Shown here in pieces: positions 25,011 to 37,627 of a stretch of 64,000 nucleotides of DNA (its first letter is position 1; each line of letters opens with the position of its first letter). Location of the stretch: assembly GCA_951406725.2 (NCBI GenBank), contig OX597817.1:86552001-86616000 (forward strand), in the 5' to 3' direction. The notes under the pieces are model-generated. The model ran no database searches. It worked only from the letters and a program-made list of their open reading frames with translations, and was not told the DNA's origin. Position numbers and translations under genes: made by a program. The DNA comes from Octopus vulgaris (lineage: Eukaryota).

Positions 25011-26422
25011 AGCAGCAGCAGTGGCAGTAGCAATTAGTAAAACTATTGTCAAGAACGGACGAGGAATTTCTTTGTAAACCGTTGAGCATTTTAACACAGA
25101 CACCAAAGTCTTTTTCAACAAATTCTCAAATGAAGGCCACATTTTGGAGTTTTAGAAATTGTAACAAACAATTTGCAATTCGTTGGTTTGCCGTTCATTG
25201 GAGTGAAAACTACCGACATAGACAAAGTGCTGAATTATTATGTCGTAAATTCGAATTCACCTTCTATTGTTGATTTGAATTTACGTGATAAGAAAAATAT
25301 TATCATTGCAAAATACCGTTTAATCGCCAGAAGCTGCAGTTTTTCGTCCGGGAAAATCCTTTTCAAGACTTATAATGTTCTTTAAACATACAATATACTT
25401 CAGAGTTCAGTGAAACAAAATCATACCAGAAACGATTACGAAAGCGACAGATACGGATTTCGTGATAGTTGCGTGATCGTATCACTTTCGAAACAAAATT
25501 GAATCTGCTGATCTGAAGTATATGCAGATAGTATATAAACTATCCACTGGTTTGCGATTGACTTGCAGAAACAGGATAAATTCGAATTATGCAGCTCTGA
25601 AATAGAAACATTATCAATACAACTACGGCGAAATACGTATCTGTCGCTGTCGTGATCACTAGCGGAATCATTTTGTTTCGCCTAGTTCTAAAGTATATAG
25701 TGTTCTGTAACACTATAAGTCTATACGTGAAGCATTTTATATTGGTAACGTTTCTATTATAGAGCTGTGATTCTGCTGCATAATTCGAATTTACCAAAAT
25801 TCCAGGAGCAGTTATCACATCTAAGACATCTACCAATTTTATAATAACACCCTATCCAGGGACACTTTTAGCTCACATCTATTTAATACAAAAGAAACAA
25901 ACAGTAATTAATAAGAAATGTCTTTCGTTAGATTTTAAATGCCCACAACAACGACGATTAGCCAATTACAATCAACGTATATTGAACAAACAAGGAACGT
26001 TTCTGCCAGGTATATTGATTCGAAACTGGGTGGAGAGATTAATGAATAGAGTTGAACGATTAAATAACATCCGACGACATGTTTAAGTTTCCTTGCCTCG
26101 TTCTTATCTTCTCGTATCTCTTGCTCTCCTCCCCATCTCTCTCTCTCTCTCTCTCTCATTACGCCTCTCTCTCCCTCTCTCTCCCCCCTCTCTCTCTACC
26201 TCTCTCTGCTGCTCAGTGTCAAAAACTGGTGCCAACAAACTATAAATTGTTGTTATGGTCGCCATTATTTTTTTTTTTTTTCATTTTATGTATTTATTCA
26301 TAAATTTTTTGTCTCATTTCTACAAAATCCGTGTTTAAAGAGAAGGGTGGTGACATGAGAAAAAGAAAACTAAAGATAAATTCTCGCTTGTTCGTTAAAC
26401 ATTTGGACAACTGGTTACTGTA

Positions 26423-26503
<81 letters not shown>

Positions 26504-26593
26504 CACGCACATGCATATGCATCTGTACACTTACACGCACATATATGTACGCATGTATTCAAATATATATATACAAAATATATATACATATAC

Positions 26594-26656
<63 letters not shown>

Positions 26657-26763
26657 TATATATATTTGTTTTACGTAATAATGATTTCTTTACTTTTAAA
26701 ACCAATTTTATATCAAATTAAAAAATTATTCAATATATTTGGGAAAGTGCAAGAATAGTATTA

Positions 26764-26805
26764 GCAATGACTTCGAAGTTTCAGCTAACTAAGCCATCGT
26801 CAGAC

Positions 26806-26808
<3 letters not shown>
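26764..26808 (-). ncRNA. Minimal type I hammerhead ribozyme fold
   Basis: Minus strand cagt CTGACGA t ggct-tagtt-agct GAAA cttcgaag TC attg; related copy at 35695-35780. Confidence 0.7.
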
Positions 26809-26882
<74 letters not shown>

Positions 26883-26885
<3 letters not shown>

Positions 26886-27006
26886 ATTTATAAACAAGGC
26901 AAAAAGAAAAATATTTCAATGCCAATATGCTGAGAACAGACTTTAAAGTCTGTTCTCAGCATATTGGCATAGAAATATTTTTCTTTTGCCCTTGTTTATA
27001 AATTGT
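26883..27006. repeat. ~120 bp near-perfect palindrome next to (TA)n
   Basis: acaatttataaacaaggcaaaaag..atgccaatatgctgagaacagacttt / aaagtctgttctcagcatattggcat..cttgtttataaattgt. Confidence 0.93.
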
Positions 27007-27106
27007 TTAGAATTTTCACTACTAAAGATATTTTAATATGCTACCGCTTCTGATTAAATTTTTCCAGGAAAAAAGTTTATCCCATATTAGTAGTAGTAGT
27101 AGTATA

Positions 27107-27153
<47 letters not shown>

Positions 27154-27189
27154 TTGGAAATGGATGCGTGGAGTTCAATTAAATAACGA

Positions 27190-27815
27190 TATAAATAATA
27201 TATATGTGCATATATGGGTACAGGACGTCACCAACAGTAAACAACGTGAAATTCGAAAACAAATGAGTTAAATACGCAAATAACGAGAGAAAATGGAAAA
27301 CAAGACAAGTACGACCCTTCATCAGTTGTCGGTTGTCTATCTACTCCCCATTTCGAGCAATCAAAAATATTATGAGTCTTCCAAGACAATTTCTCCCATA
27401 AATACCAAAATGAAATTTTGGATTTGTGGAGGGTCAAAGTTAGGAACAAAAACAAGATAGTGGAGACATACAGGGAAACCAAACGAAACAAACATGGAGG
27501 GTCGTTAGACCTGAACGAGGGGGAAATAGTGGACGCTGAGAGAAATATTTTCTTTGAAAAGAGAAAAGGTAGAAGAGAGAGATAGGAGACGTCCAATCCT
27601 TTAAACGTCCGTGCAGGAAAGAAAGATAGTCACGTGAGGAAAAGAAAGATGGATGATGGTCACGTGAGGAAAGGAAAGATGGACGATAGTCACGTGTCAG
27701 CGACGAGAAAGAGAAAGAGAAATAGGGGGAGAGAGACAGAAAGAGAGAGAAAATATTTCTTTCAGCGTTCAATATTTTTCCCTCGTTCAGGTCTAACGAC
27801 CCTCCTTGTTTGTTT
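27190..27815. mobile_element. Non-coding element with an inverted terminal segment (PLE terminal-repeat-like) in (TA)n
   Basis: 27485-27555 is repeated in inverted orientation at 27748-27815; flanked by TA tracts. Confidence 0.55.
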
Positions 27816-27832
27816 ATATATGTATATATATA

Positions 27833-28782
27833 TAAGGTCATCCCATAAGTTCTGTCCGACATTGTGTGGAGCCGCTCATTGGGCTGATGAAACATCACCC
27901 CTTTTCGATTCACTAAAGTGGGTCTTTTTTTCTTCAAAGCTTGGTTCAAACGCTCTAATTGCTGACAGTAGACTTGAGCATTGATTGTTGCATTAGGTGG
28001 TAACAATTCAAAGTGAATTACTCCTTGCAATCCCACCAGATAGAGAGAAGAACCTTTTTCCCATGAAGTTCCCTTCTCGGTTGTGGTTGAGCTTTTTCCC
28101 TTTTACCAAGCCACCGTTTACGACATTTAATATTTCGATAGGAGATCCATTTTTCGTCACCAGTCACAAGTCTATCCAAAAAGGGTGAAATGAGTTTACG
28201 AGAATGGAGAGAAGAGCAGATCTCAACTCGGGATTTGCTGTTGCTTTCGGACAATTCATGAGGCATCCATTTTCCAAGGTTAGGAACCTTTCCAAGTTGT
28301 TGAAGATGACGATGGACAGTTGTATGGTTTGAACTAAGCTTTATTGCCAATTCTTCAGCTGATAATGCAGGATTTTCTTCAAGTAATGCCTCAAGGAGCT
28401 TATCATCAAACTCAACTGGACGTCCTGTTCGATCTTCATCTTCAAGGCTGAAATCCTCATTTCTGAATTTTGCAAACCATATTCTTTCATTCAAGCATTC
28501 TTTCCCATAAACTGAGTGTATATTTCGAGTCGCTTCGGCAGCAGAGTTTCCATTTTTATACTCATAAAGCATTATGTGCTTCAGATGCTCTTTGGATACT
28601 TCCATGTTAGAAAAGGTTTTAATCAAAGAAATTTTAATTCTATTATTCTGTAAAATAATATTTAATTAGTTTAAATGTACACAAATGCATAAAAATAATT
28701 TTTAATTCCATTAGACATTCTAAAATACTATTAAATTTCATTCAATTTTAAAAAAGGTAAAATCGGACAGAACTTATGGGAA

Positions 28783-28787
<5 letters not shown>
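27833..28787 (-). mobile_element. Mariner transposon with both TIRs; transposase frameshifted and C-terminally deleted
   Basis: TIRs tcccataagttctgtccga / tcggacagaacttatggga; ORF 28018-28626 has HTH, WMPHEL, TGDEKW, VLLSIWWD; continues GVIHFELLPPNATINAQVY...FHQ and then jumps to the TIR. Confidence 0.95.
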
Positions 28788-28848
<61 letters not shown>

Positions 28849-29332
28849 GAGAGAGAGAGACCCAATTGACAATCCAAAAATTTATTTGTATTGTAATATA
28901 GCATAATGTATGCGTAAGGTTGTCCGTTAGGTTCCAAGCTCACAGCTGACGCTGGACCTAGGGATCCGTAGCAGGCTTCCGAGTCAGCAGGTATATATTA
29001 AAGGAAAACGAAAAGAAAAGCAAGCCATATATAATCTTAATTATTTTATCTTTCTCTCTCCACCAGTCATGATTTACATTCTACAGAAAGCCAGCTCTCA
29101 TTATTGATGCAGCTAAAGGAGATAAAACAAATACCAGTAATACACTGTGAGTGACGGTGTATCAGCAAGCACTTAGCCTGCAAGTTGGAAGAGAATACAA
29201 GAATATTCAATCAATCGGAACAAAAGTAAGTTGTAACTTGTGCGGGGCTACCATTTTTTTGGGGGTGGTGGTCTCTTTCATACAGACATGTTTAGTATGT
29301 TTGGACAATAGCATCATTGTAGCTCCCTAAAG

Positions 29333-29540
29333 TTGGCTAGCTGACAGAATCGTTAAAGCGTCGGACAAAATGTTTTATAGCATTACTTCTGAATCTTTCA
29401 AATAATGCCGTGTTCAACTTTGCCTTTTATCTTTTCGGCGGTCGTAAAATAAAGTAGCAGTCATGAAGAACAAAGGGGCCATGTAATCGACTAATCTCCT
29501 TCCTATAAAGTTACTGGTCTTCTACCAAAACTTAAGACCA
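29333..29540 (+). mobile_element. Old SINE family B
   Basis: gctgacagaatcgttaaagcgtcggacaaaatg...caactttgccttttatctttt. Confidence 0.7.
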
Positions 29541-30130
29541 TCATAGAACTCTCCTAAAAAGTTTTCTACTGGCACAATATTTGTACATTTCTTACGCAAA
29601 TCTTCTACATTTACTGATTTACTTTCACCACAGCTTTCCTTCCTTGAATTATCTTGCACGTACATCTTTCAATTTTAGTCTTTCATCCATCTAGACAACC
29701 ATCACAATCATTAACCCCACCCCACCTCTTTTCTTATGCATTTCTATACCTTCTTAGTTTTCCCCTACTGTTTTACCTGTTTTCATGCTTATTTCTAGTC
29801 TTTCTTCCATTAGTTCCTTCGTATTAATCATGGAACAAAACATCAGTTTTTTTTATCTCTTTTCCGATTTTTTAAATCTAAGCTGTTAAAGATTTCAAAC
29901 CGCGGAGGCTTTTTTTTTTCTTACTACTTAAACTTTCATCCATTGAACGCTTTTGAGGTTCTTTCTTTTTTTTTTTTTTTAGATTTCACCTGACCTTTCC
30001 CTTTCATTAGCTTTTTCTATCTCTAAATTGTTTTCTAGCAATCGGAATTTCACCTGCTTTTCTTTTCATATAACAGTATTCATTACTCATCTCTCTCTTT
30101 CTTTCTTTTTCTCTCTCTTCCATTCAATAC

Positions 30131-30163
<33 letters not shown>

Positions 30164-30194
30164 TTCATACTCTTCGCACATTGGCTTCCATTTT

Positions 30195-30700
30195 ACTTGT
30201 CATCAATAACCTTTTATCACTTCTTTCTCCATTGAACTGAAGACTCCTTCCCAGGATTCCTGTAATGACTTTCTGCTGCATCTCTTGTTCAGCTTTGTTA
30301 GACTTAACCACATTTCCTCAAACCTAAACGCAAGAACTACTACACTGCAATTTGAAGCTGTTGTTAGACTTTTGTCGAAGAGTTCCAGTTTAACCAAAGT
30401 TTTAATTCATTTACAATTTTAATTGAAATCCGTTTGGCTATTTTTATTTCGACAACTGTTTTCGCCATGCTCACAGCCAAGAAATTCTGAGACTTTATTA
30501 TATTCTCAATCAGTGGATTTTATTCTTTCTGAGATGCTTCCAGTTCTGCTTCTTTTGCTATTTTCTCTCTTAAATAAGCACTCGCTGCTTATTTTTAGCA
30601 TCACCATTCCTGAGTTGTGGATAACTTGCTTTATAGTGTTACTAGTTATTTGTAGCTTTGAGTGCCTTACCTGCGAGAATTTAGATCGATAATGTTACAG
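30195..30700 (-). mobile_element. Possible highly decayed LINE (RTE-like) RT remnant
   Basis: Weak resemblance of NCSVVVLAFRFEEMWLSLTK to the V.PVL.YG.E.W thumb motif; A-rich minus strand. Confidence 0.25.
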
Positions 30701-31083
30701 GCTAATGGTTGTCTTCACACTTCTGGATCCTTATAATATTATTAGTTACTTTTGGCTCAAAGTGTCTTACCCGGAAGAATGTACGGCTAATGGCTATCCT
30801 GACACCTCTATATCTTCTAGTGATAATGTGATCAGTACATACTTGAAACAAAATCCCTCAAGTCAGGCTGCCTTCTTACAGTAGCTTATTTGTTTTCCCG
30901 TTGGCAAAGATTCTATTATTTTTCTGATCAAATTATTTGCTCTTGTAAGCCTACACATACGATTCAGTGATGATATACTTTATCATATTTCATTAACATA
31001 GAAAAATACAGTGGATGTCAGTGATAGCGTTTGATTCATCACCTAATTTATCTATTAACAATTGGTCAACCCTAGTTAGTGTG

Positions 31084-31395
31084 TGGAGGCGCAATGGCCC
31101 AGTGGTTAGGGCAGCGGACTCACGGTCAGAGGATAGCGGTTTCGATTCCCAGAACGGGCGTTGTGTGTGCTTATTGAGCGAAAACACCGCTCCACGAGGC
31201 TCCGGCAGGGAGTGGTGACGACCCCCGTTGTACTCTTTCGCCAAACTTTCTCTCATTCTTTCTTCCTGTTTCTTGAGTAACGCCGCGATGGACTGGCGTC
31301 CCGTCCAGCTGGGGGGAACACATACGCCATAGAAACCGGGAAACCGGGCCCATGAGCCTGGCTAGGCTTGAAAAGGGCGCATAAAAAAAATAAAA
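31084..31395 (+). mobile_element. tRNA-derived SINE with V-domain-like segment, with TSD
   Basis: A box tggcccagtggttagggc, B box gtttcgattcc, gcgatggactggcgtcccgtccag (V-SINE-like), poly-A; near-identical ctagtta(g/t)tgtg on both flanks; second copy at 54790. Confidence 0.88.
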
Positions 31396-31704
31396 CTAGT
31401 TATTGTGACTCTACATGTCTCATATGGTTATATGTCATTCTAATCTTCATGGACCACCATACCCTGAATTAATTTTATTCTAAAAATATTTCACGATGAA
31501 CTTAAGTGAACGATTGGCTTGCAATGACTTTCCTCGTTCACTTTTTTTCTGACTTAGAAATAAGAGAGTTTGAATTAGTGATATTTAATTTGACGTATTA
31601 GATGCATTTAAACCTTGTTCCTGCGTTAGAGGATAGCAATGTGTCTTGTAATACAAAAATTTTAATTCTTCGACCATTATTTTTTAAATAACTGAATACC
31701 CGAA

Positions 31705-31922
31705 AGCGGTGAGCTGGCAGAATCGTTAACATGCCGAACAAAATGCTTAGAAGCATTTTATCTTATCCGTCTTTATATTCTGAGTTCGAATTCAGCCGGG
31801 GTCGACTTTGCCTTTCATCCTTTCGAGGTCGATAAAATAAGTACCAGTTAAGCACCGGGGTCAATGTAATCAACTTAACCCCTCCCCCGAACTTGCTAGC
31901 CTAGTGCCAAAATTTGAAACCT
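31705..31922 (+). mobile_element. SINE family B
   Basis: gcggtgagctggcagaatcgttaac...gtcgactttgcctttcatcctttcgaggtcgataaaataagtaccag. Confidence 0.88.
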
Positions 31923-32641
31923 ATATTTTTTAAATACCTTCTACACCAGATATACATAAAATTTTTCCTTATTCTCAAAGTCGCTTAAATGTCTTCTCTG
32001 CAAGTCATAAAGGCTTCCAACATATCTTACTTAGAATCCTAAATCAGCGAGTTTTATCAATCCATATCAATACCAGGTATGGTGAGTTTTCTCTTTCCTG
32101 TAGTCTTGCTCACAGCTCAATTATTTCTAATCTCTAGTTATTAAATACATCATACTCTTTATCTTAATATTGCAACTACTTTGGATATTTTCTCCATTAC
32201 TATATTTCTATTAATTCTTCCATCATAACACATCTTCTTAGCAATCCTTAACTGTTAATAGTTTACAGTTTATGTGTTTTGTTTCTATTCTGACAATCTA
32301 TATTCTATCCTTGCAATTGTTTTCCCCATCACAACATCCATATTTATTATTTACTGTTCAATTCCTATTAAATTAATTAAGTCATATATACCTCATGTGT
32401 CTTAAGAGTGGTGTCCCACTATCCAAATAGCAAATAATTGAATGATATTTGTCTATTTTGCTTTAATTTGAACTAATTCTTGATTCAGTTCCCTTGGAGA
32501 ACCATTTTTGAAATAACTTAATTTGTAATACGAAAGAATCCCTCAACAAGTTTTCTTCTCTTCTTCAACCCTGTGGTCATTTGCTCACTTAATACTGTGC
32601 CGGGTGCTTTCTCGCTAGTGTATCTTCGCTTATGTACTACA

Positions 32642-32850
32642 TTGGCGGAATCGTTAGAATGTCGGGGGAAATGCCTTGAGATATGTGTTCCGACTCTTTA
32701 TGTTCTGAGTTCAAATCTTGCTGGGGGTCAACTTTGACTCTCCTCCTTACATGGGTCGATAAAACAAAGTTCCAGTCAAAGTATCGGTTTATGTAAGTGA
32801 CTAACCTCTACCCCTCAAAATCGCTGGCGTTGAGCCTAAATTAGAAACTA
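32642..32850 (+). mobile_element. Old SINE family B
   Basis: tggcggaatcgttagaatgtcgg...gttctgagttcaaat...gggtcgataaaacaaagttccag. Confidence 0.72.
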
Positions 32851-34504
32851 TTATTGTTGTTGTTGCTGTCATTGTGGTCATCGATGTAGTTGTTGTTGTT
32901 GTTGGGAAGGTTTTGAGATGTACGTGGTGATGGGAGTGTGGTGCGGGTTGTGTTGGGGGCGTTGGAGGGTAGACTTTATGAAGCGGGACTCGATGACATG
33001 TGGTGTGGCGGTCTGTTTTCTTATCCCCAACTTCCCTAGATAATTACTTTTGGAATACAATGAAAGGAGCCTTGTTTCTAGAATATACCCAACATTAAGA
33101 GAGCACATCACCAAGAAATGGTCAATTACAATTTAGAGTCTGCTTAGGGCTTCATTATGCTCGGTTTACCTGCCAGACATTCTCCTAATTTGGTCTAGAA
33201 CCTTGTCATCAATACATTTTGATCGAAATATAATGCTTTGACAAACATCGATGTTTTTTTTTTTTTTTTGATGGTGTGGTTTGCTTTTGTTTTTGTTCAG
33301 CCCCAAGTCAGTTCTTTGGGGGCAGATTTATATTACCTAACGTTTCCTTCCCTTTTAAGGGGGTAAGGTGACATTTGAGAGAGATATGACAGCTATTTCT
33401 AGCATTTCTACTGATCGGATAGACGCTTCCACTATATTTTGTTTGTTACTTTTTGACGGACCTGAAGAATGAAAGCAAATGCAGTTAAGTCTGTGTTTCT
33501 AATAAGACCGAAACAGGTCTAAAGTTATCTCCCCTTCTTGTCGAAATAATTAAAATAATTTTGTTGTATTTACTAATATTTTATTTTCGTCGTCACATAA
33601 TTATTTCTAATTATGTGATTAACTGTTCTAGATATCATATACGTTAACGCTAACTTAACTATAGAATATCATGGTTTCGAGTTGCAAATATAACATCTTG
33701 CGACACTGTTATTTATTTTTGGCAGGACCCCAAGAATGACGATGCACTTGGACTGAAAAAGAAAAATCTACCTTAAGTACTGCAAGCCTCTAGATAATCG
33801 CCCCGCCAGCTAGAAACAAGCAGATGAGTCTCACAGATGAAACTCTACTGCCTTAAATAAAGAAGGCAGGATATACTGGAGCTGGTTGTAGTCTCTACTA
33901 GAAGAGCTAGAACTGCTTTGATCAACCAGGTGTGCACAATCAGAGCTGACATCGACGACAATAACAACAACGGTAACCGTAACAACAACAAGCCCCTGCT
34001 TTAAATATTTCGACTGCATTCATGTAATTTAATCTTCAGTCGAGTGATTCAGTAACACATTCGCTTGGCTTTCTATATTTTTGACGTTGTTACTGATGTA
34101 ATAAATAGATAAAGCTTTGAAGGGAGAGGGACGATAGAGAGAAGAGGTAAAGTAAGAGAAAGAGCGCGTAAATAATGTGAGTGAGAAATAGAGGGTGGAG
34201 AGAGAGGGAGAGGGATATAGACAGAGAATGAGGTTAGGTAAGGAGACGTTTGCTAAGTGACATGTAAAACAAACATGAAGTTATTGCTATTGTTGTTGTT
34301 GTATCCGTTTCTGCTGTCGTTTAGACTCAGGCCAACCCTCTCAGCCAGATCTACAATTAAAAGGCATTCCAAACACGACCATACCGTCTTACTAGGAACG
34401 ATATGTAGGACTATTATTTGATGTGTCTTTTCTTTAAGACTGAAGAGTGTAGTTTAAATGAGATGGCAATTGATTGCTGTTTCTGGCAGATCGAGTGTTC
34501 AGTG

Positions 34505-34855
34505 ACTGTTGAGTCAGTCGTTATTTTGGCAGGCATTAATTGAGGTCAGATATTCTGGTGGGTTATTATGAGGTCAGTTATTTGGTGGTATTTTATTGAG
34601 GTCATTTATTTTCGTAGGAATTAACTGAAGCAATTGAGGTCAGTTATTTTGGTGGGAACTGAGATCGGTTTGTGTTGGTGGGAATGAATTGAGGCCAGTA
34701 ATTTTGGTGGGAATTAATTGAGGTCAGTTTTTTTCGGTGAGAATTGAGGCCGGTTATTTTATTGCGAATTAATCTTATTGCGAATTAATCTTATTGCGAA
34801 TTAATTTTATTGCGAATTAATAGTTATTTTGGTACGAATAAATTGAGGGTAATTA
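34505..34855. repeat. Degenerate ~26-bp minisatellite with an embedded 16-bp tandem
   Basis: aattgaggtcagttattttggtggg repeated about 10 times; ttattgcgaattaat(c/t) x4 at 34759-34821. Confidence 0.85.
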
Positions 34856-35134
34856 TCACAGACAAGGTGGAAACGTTTAATATAGAGAGGCCAACAGGAC
34901 AGAGAGAAAGAGGCCAACCGAGAGAAAGAGACAGGCCGAGAGAAAGAAACAGACAGAGAATCAGAGAGAGATAGAGAGGGGGTAACTGGAGAAACTGAGG
35001 AAACTTAGGAAACTGATGAAACTGGGGAAACTGTCGACAAAAACATAATATACAGAGAGGGAAAGAAGAAAGGTATATGTATATGTATATGTAAACGTAC
35101 ACATACACACACACACACACATTTATATATTCAT

Positions 35135-35278
35135 TATTTACATTATTTACATTTGACGGATATTTGTCCTCATCTTGTTTGTTGTTAACACAACGTTTCG
35201 GCTGATATACCCTCCAGTATCTTCAGGTGTCTTGGGGAAATTTTGAACCTGGGTTCTCATTCCTAGGGTATTTTTCGA

Positions 35279-35348
<70 letters not shown>

Positions 35349-35402
35349 CAGAGATGATGATAAAAAGAGAATACAAGATCTGCAGTTCTATATTTAATAT
35401 AT

Positions 35403-35454
<52 letters not shown>

Positions 35455-35655
35455 TAATAACAATAATAACATCGAAAAATACCTTAGGAATGAGAACCCA
35501 GGTTCGAAATTTCCCCCAAAACATCTGATGAAAGCTGGAAGGTATATCAGCCGAAACATTGTGCTAACAACAAACAAGATGAGGACAAATGTGCGTCAAA
35601 TGTAAATAATGTAAATAACGTACATAATTCCTCATCTCTTAAATATAGAACTGTA
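35135..35655. mobile_element. Inverted pair of hammerhead-bearing terminal-repeat-like segments around TTA/TAA tracts
   Basis: 35135-35280 is the reverse complement of 35470-35620; cores acac CTGAAGA..cagcc GAAA cg TT gtgt (minus) and CTGATGA aagctg..cagcc GAAA at 35525-35556 (plus). Confidence 0.8.
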
Positions 35656-35667
35656 TTAACACTTATA

Positions 35668-35880
35668 TATTATTCTTTAATAAAAATAGTATTGACAGTG
35701 ACTTCGACGTTTCGGCCAGCTAAGTCTATAATCGGTCAGTCTGATGATAGGTTAGCTGGCCGAAACTTCAAAGTCGCTATCAAGTATTATTAAAGAAAAA
35801 TAAATTTGTACTCTACAAAAAGTATGGAGTAACCCTTCGGATTCATATAAAATTGGTTTTACTAAACTGAACATAAAAAC
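35668..35880. mobile_element. Inverted hammerhead-bearing segment, same family as 26660-26810
   Basis: gacttcgacgtttcggccagctaa / ttagctggccgaaacttcaaagtc; cagt CTGATGA at ~35737-35747; shared ataaaattggtttta. Confidence 0.65.
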
Positions 35881-35891
35881 AAGCATTGATG

Positions 35892-35958
<67 letters not shown>

Positions 35959-36017
35959 GTGCGTGTATGTGATTACGTGATGTAGGTAGCTAGCAGAGTT
36001 TCACCAAAAAGGAAAAC

Positions 36018-36257
36018 AATAGATGTCATTACATATGACTGGACTGAGGGTGTTAAAACGCCTACACTGCTAGAAATAGAAGCTGAAAGGCTCCGTTACT
36101 GCTGTCAACGCGCATAAAATTGTATACATACATGATAGCCACTACCAGTTATGTATACAATTCTATGTGCGTTGACAGCAGCAACAGAGCCCTTCAGCTC
36201 TTATTTCAAGCAGTGTAGGTGTTCTAACACCCTCAGTCATTTTTAATTACATCTATT
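36018..36257. repeat. Imperfect inverted repeat with ~100 bp arms
   Basis: gactgagggtgttaaaacgcctacactgct..ctgctgtcaacgcgcata..ttgtatacata / tatgtatacaa..tatgtgcgttgacagcag..agcagtgtaggtgttctaacaccctcagtc. Confidence 0.88.
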
Positions 36258-36267
36258 ATATACAGGT

Positions 36268-36613
36268 TGGCTGTATGTTAAGAAGCTTGCTTCCCAATCA
36301 CATGGTTCCGGGTTCAGTCCCACTGCGCGCCACCTTGGGTAAGTGTCTTCTACTATAGACTCGGGCCGACCACAACCTTGTGAGGGGATTTGGTACACAG
36401 AAACTGAAAGAAGCCCGTGGTGTGTATGTGTGTTTTCCTCCCAGCATCGCTTGGCAACCTATGTTGGGGTGTTTATGTCCCCGCAACCTAGCGGTTCGGC
36501 AAAAGACTCTGATAGAAGTGCTAGGCTGACAAAGAATAAGTCCTGGAGTCAATTTATTCGACTAAAGGCGGTGCACCAGCATGGCCGCAGTCAAATGACT
36601 GAAACAAGTAAAG
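36268..36613 (+). mobile_element. SINE family A
   Basis: Full length, with a short internal microsatellite. Confidence 0.9.
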
Positions 36614-36645
36614 GAGTGTGCGTTCGTGTGTGTGTGTGTGTATCT

Positions 36646-36728
<83 letters not shown>

Positions 36729-36757
36729 TATAGATAGATAGATAATTATATATATGT

Positions 36758-36940
36758 ATGTATGGTAATTAGCTTGCTTACCAATGTATGTGTGGTAATT
36801 AGCTTGCTTACCAATCACATGATTCCGGGTTCTGTCCCACTGCGTGGGACCTTGGCCAAGTGTCTTCTACTAGAGCCTCGGGCCGACCAAAGCCTTGATA
36901 GTGGATTTGGTAGACGGAAACGGAAAGAAGCCCGTCGTAT
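36758..36940 (+). mobile_element. SINE family A 5' half with duplicated head
   Basis: tggtaattagcttgcttaccaat occurs twice at the start; body runs to gaagcccgtcgtatg(TG)n. Confidence 0.85.
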
Positions 36941-36943
36941 GTG

Positions 36944-37009
<66 letters not shown>

Positions 37010-37017
37010 TGTTTGTG

Positions 37018-37225
37018 ACCTGGCAGGATCGTTAGCATGCCGGACAACACGCCTGGCAGTATTTCGTCCGTTTTTATGTTCGGAGTTCAAATTCCACCAA
37101 TGTTGACTTTGCTTTTCATCTTTTCGGGGTCGATAAAATAAGTGTCAGTTGAACACTGGGGTCGAAGTAATCGACTTGACCCCACCCTCGAAATTTCTGG
37201 CCTCATGCCTAAATTTGAAACCAAT
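37018..37225 (+). mobile_element. SINE family B
   Basis: cctggcaggatcgttagcatgccggac...ttttcatcttttcggggtcgataaaataag. Confidence 0.85.
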
Positions 37226-37505
37226 ATACGTATATTCATATAATGTATACTCAATACTCAATACGCTAAAGTAGAGCAAAAATTGTGTGTGTGTGTGTGT
37301 GTGTGTGCGTGCGCGCGCGCGCATGTGTGAGTGCGTGTGTACAAGACATATTTAAGAAGTTTGGATTATTCAATGTTCAAATAAATTGTTGACTGGAATT
37401 CTGATAGAATACAAATGACAAAGGTAGCATGCAATGAATTCAAACCAGACCAAATTGCTTATCACACATCCATGCTCTTTCTCTGTCTGTCTCTTTCCCT
37501 CTTTA

Positions 37506-37572
<67 letters not shown>

Positions 37573-37627
37573 ATCTATCTATCTATCTATCTAATATATT
37601 TATTTATTTATATATATAAAGCAAGAG

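Noticed and set aside
28931-28990. 60-bp open GC-richer segment between AG and GT
   Set aside because: Weak polypyrimidine tract and donor, no recognisable peptide
31084-31160. Functional tRNA gene (also SINE heads at 1112, 46140 and 54790)
   Set aside because: A and B boxes continue into SINE bodies with no acceptor-stem closure or terminator
34505-34855. CRISPR-like repeat array
   Set aside because: No unique spacers, degenerate contiguous units, eukaryotic context; it is a minisatellite
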